The notes under the pieces are model-generated. The model was given only the letters and a program-made list of their open reading frames with translations. It had not been told where the DNA came from and did not search any database. A program made the position numbers and the translations under genes. From NCBI GenBank assembly GCA_037134535.1, contig JBAXMA010000001.1, positions 1 to 60,169 on the forward strand: a DNA stretch of 60,169 nucleotides, read 5' to 3'. The stretch is from a bacterium. GTDB taxonomy: Bacteria; Verrucomicrobiota; Kiritimatiellia; SPBP01. This document shows positions 32,787-39,438 of the stretch, one piece after another (the first letter of the stretch is position 1; every line of letters begins with the position of its first letter).

Positions 32787-32867
32787 TATCCAGTCTCCGT
32801 CGGATCTTTCGCTAATTCCCTGACTTCGACACCATCTTCCGAATCACACCTGATTGCCAGCACTTCT

Positions 32868-32943
32868 TGGCAGGCCAGGAGGGCATCGAACCCCCAACCC
32901 CCGGTTTTGGAGACCGGTACTCTGCCAATTGAGCTACTGGCCT
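32868..32943 (-). tRNA. trnW: tRNA-Trp (anticodon CCA), CCA end encoded
   Basis: Manual fold. Acceptor AGGCCAG/CTGGCCT. Anticodon arm CCGGT-CTCCAAA-ACCGG. T-loop TTCGATG. 76 nt. Classical position between rpmG and secE. Confidence 0.92.
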
Positions 32944-32960
32944 CTCAACCGACGAACCCG

Positions 32961-33113
32961 TCACCGCACCTCTTTGTGAACGACATGTTTCCGGTCAAAA
33001 GGGCAATACTTCTTTCTCTCCAACCTATTCGTCGTGGTGGTCTTATTCTTCCTCGTTGCGTAGTTGCGACGCTTGCACTCTGTGCAAGCCATCGTAATCA
33101 TTTCCCGAGCCAT
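32961..33113 (-). CDS. rpmG: 50S ribosomal protein L33 (not in ORF track, 50 aa)
   Basis: Manual translation from ATG 33113: [50 protein letters not shown], stop TGA at 32963-32961. Confidence 0.93.
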   Translation of the reverse strand: MAREMITMACTECKRRNYATRKNKTTTTNRLERKKYCPFDRKHVVHKEVR

Positions 33114-33181
33114 TTTATGCCCCCTATCCCGCGAGCGACTTCAAACGAGCCAACCCTGCGAGATCCACGACCACTGGTTGC

Positions 33182-34390
33182 CTACTTTACAATCTCGGTC
33201 ACCGTGCCGGCACCAACCGTGCGGCCACCTTCACGAATGGCGAATCGCATCGATTTTTCCATGGCTATCGGTTGAACAAGGGTAACTTCAACACTCACAT
33301 TGTCACCCGGCATGACCATCTCGACACCTGCCGGTAGAACGATGTCACCCGTAACGTCTGTTGTACGGAAATAGAACTGCGGCCTGTAGCCCTTGAAGAA
33401 AGGTGTATGCCGTCCACCTTCATCTTTGCTGAGGACATAAACTTCCGCCTTGAACTGAGCATGGGGAGTGATCGACCCCGGCTTGGCAACGACCTGTCCT
33501 CTTTCCACTTCTTCCTTCTTCAGACCGCGCAGAAGCAAGCCGATATTGTCGCCAGCGCGTCCTTCATCAAGGAGCTTGCGGAACATCTCAACGCCGGTTG
33601 CAACCGTTTTCTGAGTAGGACGAAGACCCACAATTTCAACATCATCACTGACATGCACAATTCCGCGCTCAATGCGTCCAGTCACAACCGTGCCACGCCC
33701 TTCGATCGAGAACACATCCTCGATTGGCATCAGGAAATCCTGGTCCAAAATACGCTTCGGCTCAGGAATGAAGGAGTCAAGAGCATCCATCAGATCCCCG
33801 ATACACTTACACGCCGGATCGTCAGAAGACTCCGCTGCCATGGCTGCCGCGGCATTTCCCCTTACTATAGGAGTTGTGGCACCCGGAAAATTGTACTTCG
33901 TCAGCAGATCCCTGATCTCCATCTCGACCAGCTCAAGCAGCTCGGCATCGTCGACCAGATCGATTTTGTTCAAGAATACCACCAGGGCCGGAACGCCTAC
34001 CTGTCTGGCAAGCAGAATGTGTTCACGAGTCTGCTGCATCGGACCATCGGCTGCACTGACCACAACAATGGCCCCGTCCATCTGTGCTGCCCCTGTAATC
34101 ATGTTTTTGATGTAGTCGGCATGACCAGGGCAATCAACATGTGCATAATGACGCTTTTCCGTCCCGTACTCGACATGCGCTGTCGCAATGGTCAGAATCT
34201 TTGTAGGATCGCGCCTTCCCTGACTCTCTGACGCCTTTGCCACTTGGTCGTAAGGAATGAAGACATTCATGCCCTTCATCGACTGAACTTTGGTAATGGC
34301 CGCGGTCAGAGTTGTCTTGCCGTGATCTACATGGCCGATTGTTCCAACATTGACATGCGGCTTCGTCCGTTCAAATTTTTCTTTAGCCAT
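33182..34390 (-). CDS. tuf: translation elongation factor Tu
   Basis: 402 aa, [46 protein letters not shown]. Confidence 0.99.
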   Translation of the reverse strand: MAKEKFERTKPHVNVGTIGHVDHGKTTLTAAITKVQSMKGMNVFIPYDQVAKASESQGRRDPTKILTIATAHVEYGTEKRHYAHVDCPGHADYIKNMITGAAQMDGAIVVVSAADGPMQQTREHILLARQVGVPALVVFLNKIDLVDDAELLELVEMEIRDLLTKYNFPGATTPIVRGNAAAAMAAESSDDPACKCIGDLMDALDSFIPEPKRILDQDFLMPIEDVFSIEGRGTVVTGRIERGIVHVSDDVEIVGLRPTQKTVATGVEMFRKLLDEGRAGDNIGLLLRGLKKEEVERGQVVAKPGSITPHAQFKAEVYVLSKDEGGRHTPFFKGYRPQFYFRTTDVTGDIVLPAGVEMVMPGDNVSVEVTLVQPIAMEKSMRFAIREGGRTVGAGTVTEIVK

Positions 34391-34465
34391 GATGCACCTC
34401 CTGATCTACTCTGCGTTTTGTGTTCGCCCCACCCGCAACCAACCCGCGCTACTGTTCCGCAAAGC

Positions 34466-34541
34466 TGGAGCCCATGAGCGGAATTGAACCGCTGACCACG
34501 TCCTTACCAAGGACGTGCTCTACCGACTGAGCTACATGGGC
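34466..34541 (-). tRNA. trnT: tRNA-Thr (anticodon GGT), CCA end encoded
   Basis: Manual fold. Acceptor GCCCATG/CATGGGC. D arm GCTC-AGTCGGTA-GAGC. Anticodon arm CGTCC-TTGGTAA-GGACG. T arm AGCGG-TTCAATT-CCGCT. 76 nt, upstream of tuf. Confidence 0.92.
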
Positions 34542-34835
34542 ACGACGGCCCGCTCTCATGTCCCACAGTTCTGCGCAAACAAAAAAAAGCCCACCCCGCA
34601 CTCCCGCTGCTATCGACTAAACAACGGTCGCTGCCGGTCGACAAAACCATTCTATTTATTTACCGCTCGCCCCCAGTAACACGGGGACTATTCCGCGGCG
34701 AAGAAGCAAGGTATCAGAAGACTTCAGATTGTCAACAGCTGTTTCGACTTTTTTTGCATAAAAGAATTCACCTGCAAAATACGCCCGCAAACATCGGGCC
34801 CGAACCGGTGCCATGACAGTGCAAATTATCCGTCA

Positions 34836-35267
34836 TCAGCCCTCACCATAGGCCTTGTGAAACTTAGGAGATTTCTTCTCTGCTTCACATTCAGCAGGTT
34901 TTACATCGGCCGCCTCGTTCGCTGTATCCGGAATATCTGCAACTTGTTGTTTATCTTTTTTAACATCTGCCGTCTTGTCTGACACCTTAGACATGGATGC
35001 CGCAGTTTCAACGTAGTTCATTTGAACAGAAGAGATTGACTCGCTGAGCAAGCGCTCTTCTTCCCTATCCAGATTTCCTCTTGTCTTCGCGGCCAGCATT
35101 GAAAGTATGTCAACACTGACCTGGGCCCCGCGGAGATCTACTTCCGCTTTTGCAGTAGCCGGATTGACCAGCTTGCCCAACTGCTGCATTGCAGTGGCAC
35201 TGAACATCATCACGAGATTTGTAAACAGAGCCTTATTCATCTCAGCTTCAGAAAATTTGTCCGCCAT
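34836..35267 (-). CDS. DUF1844-family protein
   Basis: FTNLVMMFSATAMQQLGKLVNPATAKAEVDLRGAQVSVDILSMLAAKTRGNLDREEERLL matches the remembered DUF1844 pattern. ATG 35267 has AAGGAG 7 nt upstream. The track ORF starts at 35294. Confidence 0.7.
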   Translation of the reverse strand: MADKFSEAEMNKALFTNLVMMFSATAMQQLGKLVNPATAKAEVDLRGAQVSVDILSMLAAKTRGNLDREEERLLSESISSVQMNYVETAASMSKVSDKTADVKKDKQQVADIPDTANEAADVKPAECEAEKKSPKFHKAYGEG

Positions 35268-35462
35268 TGTCTTTCTCCTTAAGTGTCGTTGCAACTCTTC
35301 TGAGTCAACATGTCGATACTATCGCGGAAGATTCGCCGCGAGGCAATAAAGAAGAATCCTATCGCGGAGAATCCCGCAACAACAGAAGGCGTGAATTACA
35401 GCGCGTTCCGCGTGATCACTGATAAGCCATAATTACAATTGCTGACAGATATGAATCACGAC

Positions 35463-35492
35463 TTGCTTTATCCAAAGCAGATCATGTAGTAT
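35463..35492 (+). promoter_or_regulatory. candidate sigma70-type promoter for the OMP gene (TTGCTT, 18-nt spacer, TAGTAT)
   Basis: TTGCTT at 35463-35468 and TAGTAT at 35487-35492, about 34 nt upstream of ATG 35526. Confidence 0.3.
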
Positions 35493-35525
35493 CCGGCCAC
35501 AGAAAACACAACGGGAGGATTGACT

Positions 35526-36077
35526 ATGAGGAAACTGGTACTTGCGGCACTCTTTTGCATCTTGGTAAACTCAGTGATTGCTCAGGACACAGCACCTACT
35601 GCTGCGGGTGATTTTCTATTTGACTCCCGGAGTCACATACGGCTCGGAAAAGCTGACACGACCTGGACAGCAGCCGCCAGCATGGTCTCGCCAATGGGCG
35701 GCGAGAATTCCGATACCATTCTGAATGCCTACGCATCACTCGGATACTTCCTGGTGGACCAGTTCGAACTTGAGGGCACAGCGTCAGTTCTCAAAGGGGG
35801 ATTCGGGCAGGGAGTTTCCATAGGTGCTGGAATTAATATGTACTTCCGTGAGTTTTTTGACAAACTCTATCCTTACGCTGGTATCGGCGTTTCGACCTGG
35901 ACCGGGGATCTAGCCGACCAGGGGACGCATATGCAGGCAAAGATTGGAGCACGATACTACTTCACCGACAGCCTTGGCATGCGGCTCTGGCTTGAGTACG
36001 ACAAGGGCGACAATTTCATCTATAACGGAACAAGCACAGTTACAGCATACATCGGCATATTCTCTGTGGCGTACTGA
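35526..36077 (+). CDS. small outer-membrane beta-barrel protein (OmpX/OmpW-like size)
   Basis: Signal peptide MRKLVLAALFCILVNSVIAQD. Alternating aromatic/Gly beta-strand pattern. Aromatic C-terminus IGIFSVAY. GGGAGGA lies 7 nt upstream of ATG 35526. Confidence 0.7.
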   Translation: MRKLVLAALFCILVNSVIAQDTAPTAAGDFLFDSRSHIRLGKADTTWTAAASMVSPMGGENSDTILNAYASLGYFLVDQFELEGTASVLKGGFGQGVSIGAGINMYFREFFDKLYPYAGIGVSTWTGDLADQGTHMQAKIGARYYFTDSLGMRLWLEYDKGDNFIYNGTSTVTAYIGIFSVAY

Positions 36078-36344
36078 CCGGCATAATTAGGAGCCTGAAA
36101 TCCTCGTGCCACCGCCGCCCGCGGACCGATTTTGCAATCAACAACGTTGCCCGCGCCGGTAGCAAAATCCGGTAAGCATACTTGGTTGCGCCGCGAATAA
36201 ATGCCTGATATGTGGCAATGCAATTTCCCATTATAGCTTGATCAGACCACTCCTCAGCGCGATAGTCTCGCGATGTGTCCTGCCGGAAACCAGATATTTG
36301 CCGGACACCCTGAGCGGGACTCAACGTCAAGATGGAGACCAACA

Positions 36345-37325
36345 ATGTCAAAATTTAAGCCCCAATACCGTAGATTGCTCTTTATTGACAAGAAGCTCAA
36401 AGAGGGCGCATACCCGAATTGCACCAGTCTCGCAACTGAGTGGGAAGTAAACTCAAAGACAATTCAGAGGGATATGGCATATCTCATAAACGAGCTGCAG
36501 GCACCAATTGAGTACGATTCCGTGCATCGGGGTTATCGCTATACAGAGGACAACTACAGTCTGCCGGCCATAAACATCAGCGAAAGCGACCTCTTCGCCG
36601 TATTTATCGCCCAACGTGCACTGGGTCAGTTCAAGAACACTCCCCTGTATGATAAGTTGTCATCTATTTTCTCAAAGATACGGGACTCTCTGCCAGACCG
36701 AACCACAATCCAGCCATCGTGGCTCGACGACAGAATACTGGTATTTCCTGAGCCGGCAACCAATATCGCCCCGGCAGTTTGGGACACAGTAGCAAAGGCA
36801 ATCCGGGACAACAGGCGCCTTCTGATCAGCCATGCAGCTCCAGGCCACAGGACTCTCACCGACAGGAAGATCGATCCATACTATCTGGTGAACTGCAAAG
36901 GCGAATGGTACATCAGCTCTTTCTGTCATGCCAGAAATGCAATCAGAACCTTTGCTGTATCACGACTGGTAAAGGCCGAGATACTTCCGGAGCCGTTCAC
37001 CATGCCGGCATCACTTACCAAGGAGAAGATGTTCGGCGACCAGTTCGGAATCATCTGGAATGACAAAAGCTTCAAGGTACGGATCAGCTTCAGCGCCGAG
37101 GTTGCACCCTACATTAAGGAGCGCCAGTGGCATCGTCTCCAGAAAATCACGGAATTAAGGAACGGTCGGCTTGTTCTGGAGTTCACAACCAACCATCTTA
37201 ACGAGGTCAAGGACTGGCTCCTTTCGTGGGGAGACGGCGCCAAGGTTCTTGCGCCGCCGCTTCTCGCACAAAGAGTTCAGTCCAGCTTGTCGAACGCGTT
37301 GCGATTGTACGGGAAAGGCAGTTGA
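36345..37325 (+). CDS. WYL-domain transcriptional regulator (wHTH, WYL, WCX architecture; PafBC/BrxR-like)
   Basis: N-terminal wHTH YRRLLFIDKKLKEGAYPNCTSLATEWEVNSKTIQRDMAYL. WYL core IDPYYLVNCKGEWYISSFCHARNAIRTFAVSRL. C-terminal extension ERQWHRLQKI...VKDWLLSWGDGAKVLAP. GGAG lies 7 nt upstream of ATG 36345. Confidence 0.8.
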   Translation: MSKFKPQYRRLLFIDKKLKEGAYPNCTSLATEWEVNSKTIQRDMAYLINELQAPIEYDSVHRGYRYTEDNYSLPAINISESDLFAVFIAQRALGQFKNTPLYDKLSSIFSKIRDSLPDRTTIQPSWLDDRILVFPEPATNIAPAVWDTVAKAIRDNRRLLISHAAPGHRTLTDRKIDPYYLVNCKGEWYISSFCHARNAIRTFAVSRLVKAEILPEPFTMPASLTKEKMFGDQFGIIWNDKSFKVRISFSAEVAPYIKERQWHRLQKITELRNGRLVLEFTTNHLNEVKDWLLSWGDGAKVLAPPLLAQRVQSSLSNALRLYGKGS

Positions 37326-37331
37326 GAGCCG

Positions 37332-37658
37332 ATGAGTGAAACGCTTGCGGCACCGGTGATTACAACCAGGACAAAAACAATGGCCGCGCTCGCGCCGTTG
37401 TATCACGTCATACTGCTCAACGACGACGATCATACCTTCGGTTACGTTATCGAGATGTTGTGTAAAATCTTCGGTCACGAACCGGCAACCGGGCATCAGA
37501 TGGCATGGGAAGTCCACAGAACTGGTCGGGTAATCGTGGTCACCACTCACAAAGAACTCGCGGAGCTGAGACAGGAACAGATTCACGACTACGGCGCTGA
37601 CCCTCTGGCGCCAAACTGCAAGGGCTCAATGTCGGCTCTGGTCGAACAGGCAGCATAG
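37332..37658 (+). CDS. clpS: ATP-dependent Clp protease adaptor ClpS
   Basis: 108 aa, YHVILLNDDDHTFGYVIEMLCKIFGHEPATGHQMAWEVHRTGRVIVVTTHKELAE is a canonical ClpS core. Starts 6 nt after the WYL gene stop. Confidence 0.92.
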   Translation: MSETLAAPVITTRTKTMAALAPLYHVILLNDDDHTFGYVIEMLCKIFGHEPATGHQMAWEVHRTGRVIVVTTHKELAELRQEQIHDYGADPLAPNCKGSMSALVEQAA

Positions 37659-37704
37659 TCTGCCTGTCCACGCTCAGTGCAATCTCCTGCAGTCCTGCCG
37701 ACAC

Positions 37705-37789
37705 TGGTGGGCGAGGTGGGATTTGAACCCACAAGCCTTGCGGCACAAGATCCTAAGTCTTGCGTGTCTGCCAATTTCACCACTCGCCC
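37705..37789 (-). tRNA. trnL: tRNA-Leu (anticodon TAG), long variable arm, CCA encoded
   Basis: Manual fold. Acceptor GGGCGAG/CTCGCCC. Anticodon arm CAAGA-CTTAGGA-TCTTG. Variable arm of about 13 nt. T arm GTGGG-TTCAAAT-CCCAC. 85 nt. Confidence 0.9.
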
Positions 37790-37941
37790 GATACTTGGCA
37801 ACCCATCTCGAGGCACGGCAGACAGACGCCGCAAACCTGACCCTGATGCGTCCATCCTCTACATTGACCGATGCCGAGACGATGGCTGCCAGTGTCTTAT
37901 CGAAGTAACGCTCAAACTGATGAAACAAGCATCGTCCGTAT

Positions 37942-39105
37942 TCACATCGGATAGTACTTCTCAACCCATGGCCGTATCGAATCCTTGTTGATATCTATGA
38001 TATTCATCTCTCGAACAGCGTTCTCGGTTGAATCAGAGGCATGCGCTGCATTAACCATGATATTGCTACCGTATTCACGTCGGACCGAACCAGGCAGCGC
38101 CTTGGCCGGATCAGTTGAGCCAAGAAGGGTACGGATCTTTGACACCGCATTGGGCCCGTAGTACAGCAGAGCAAGACATTCCTCGCTGCATACCTGTGTC
38201 TTGTCCATACTGACGCACTCCGACGGACGATGCCCCGTCATGAATTGTACTATATTCTCAAACTCCCGTTCCATCAGCAGCTGGCTCAGACTTTCGCCCA
38301 GCATCGCCTTTACTTCATCGGGAATCTCAAAGTTGAACTCGCGGGCGAGCGCCTCGCCACTTCGTTTCATAGCGCTTTCCTTCAATTTCTCACGCAATAC
38401 CTTCTTTACGGGCGAATAGAATTCTTCCGCCTGCGCCACAGACATACTGAACTTTTTCGCACCGATAATGCGCAATCCTGAAGAAGAAAGGATATCAACA
38501 ATGCTGCCAGGGCGAGAACTGTGGTAACGGAAGTTATCCGGCTTCAACATGACAAGCGTGGTTTCCCCACCATCACCGGCAGAAGTATCGATAGCCTTCC
38601 GGATCACACCGCCATCGGCATCAGTATATTCACACCAGAGCCGGAGGGTCGCTGCTGCCCGTTTTGCGTTCGGCGCCACGAGCACTGCTGGTTCAAAGTA
38701 ACGCACGCATCCATCGTCGTTCACTATATAGTCACCGTACGTGTCCCTGATACTCTCTCCGCTCCCCCATCTCAGAGTCGCACCACCAGTGACACGCCAC
38801 ACCTTATCAACAGCATTCTCTCCTTCGAAAAGAAGCATCAGCATGCGCCTGGGCCGGCCGGCCGAATCAGGACAACAGGAAGTCTGTATGTAGTCAGCCA
38901 GCAGATTGCAGGTGCCCACATCTGCCGGGTCTGCGTGCCTTACAAGTTCAGAGTATCGCCTGATAAGTTCCGCACTGGGACCAAACATCCTGCATGCGAC
39001 GAGATCGAGATCACTACGTGCCAGATATCGTCCGACAACACCACCAGTCCGCGATTTTGAAATAGTGTATGGATCGATTAAAACGTATGCCAGTTCATGC
39101 GCCAT
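37942..39105 (-). CDS. tandem nucleoside-diphosphate-kinase-fold protein (degenerate N-terminal NDK-like domain plus C-terminal NDK domain with insertion)
   Basis: C-terminal domain TLVMLKPDNF...GPNAVSKIRTLLGSTDPAKALPGSVRREYGSNIMVNAAHASDS carries the NxxH(A/G)SD catalytic motif. The N-terminal domain AYVLIDPYT...LLFEGENAVDKVWRVTGG...IRDTYG has no His at the equivalent site. ATG 39105 (MAHELAYV) has AAAGG upstream. The track ORF is open to 39261. Confidence 0.7.
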   Translation of the reverse strand: MAHELAYVLIDPYTISKSRTGGVVGRYLARSDLDLVACRMFGPSAELIRRYSELVRHADPADVGTCNLLADYIQTSCCPDSAGRPRRMLMLLFEGENAVDKVWRVTGGATLRWGSGESIRDTYGDYIVNDDGCVRYFEPAVLVAPNAKRAAATLRLWCEYTDADGGVIRKAIDTSAGDGGETTLVMLKPDNFRYHSSRPGSIVDILSSSGLRIIGAKKFSMSVAQAEEFYSPVKKVLREKLKESAMKRSGEALAREFNFEIPDEVKAMLGESLSQLLMEREFENIVQFMTGHRPSECVSMDKTQVCSEECLALLYYGPNAVSKIRTLLGSTDPAKALPGSVRREYGSNIMVNAAHASDSTENAVREMNIIDINKDSIRPWVEKYYPM

Positions 39106-39180
39106 ATTCAGCCTTTCTGCACTTATAGACAACAGGCGGCAATGTATAGCCCCTGCTCGCTTTTCAAGCAAGTCCGAAAA

Positions 39181-39214
39181 GGAGGCAACCCGAAAAGGCG
39201 AAGGAGGCAACCCG
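39181..39214. repeat. direct repeat GGAGGCAACCCG x2 (22-bp period)
   Basis: Exact 12-mers at 39181-39192 and 39203-39214, each preceded by an A-rich stretch (AAAAGG...). Confidence 0.8.
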
Positions 39215-39290
39215 GAACCGGACTGTACTAAAGCTCCTGCTGTCCGTGGCATCCACGACAATTCCTGAAACCATCACCCGGCTCCAAACC

Positions 39291-39323
39291 CTTTCACAAG
39301 CAAACTTTCACAAGCAAACTTTC
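39291..39323. repeat. tandem repeat CTTTCACAAGCAAA x2.4
   Basis: Exact 14-bp units at 39291-39304 and 39305-39318, plus a partial CTTTC at 39319-39323. Confidence 0.85.
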
Positions 39324-39438
39324 TATTGCATGACAGGGAGGGAGAGGCTACGCTTTCTGACGTGCAATTATGAAATGCCATTCACCTCCGATGGCGTCCT
39401 GTGGCTGGCCGCAATCGGAATAGTTATGGAATTCCAAC

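Noticed and set aside
32961-33113. L33 with CxxC...CxxD instead of a full Cys4 site
   Set aside because: Degenerate zinc ribbons in L33 are well known, so this was not treated as a separate finding.
33407-34231. 274-aa plus-strand ORF
   Set aside because: It lies entirely antisense to the highly conserved tuf gene. Its composition is typical of a shadow ORF and no motif was recognised.
34545-34835. 290-bp spacer upstream of tRNA-Thr, examined for the extra tRNAs (Tyr/Gly/Thr) often found before tuf, and for a terminator. A run of 8 A (8 T on the operon strand) lies at 34581-34588.
   Set aside because: No further cloverleaf could be folded. The T run is preceded by a G-rich segment that is not self-complementary (GCGGGAGTGCGGGGTGGGC), so no convincing hairpin forms. 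The candidate -35/-10 hexamers were all weak.
37646-37667. 8-bp hairpin ACAGGCAG-CATAGT-CTGCCTGT overlapping the clpS stop codon
   Set aside because: No U tract follows, so it is not a convincing intrinsic terminator. It is mentioned only as context in the WYL-clpS finding.
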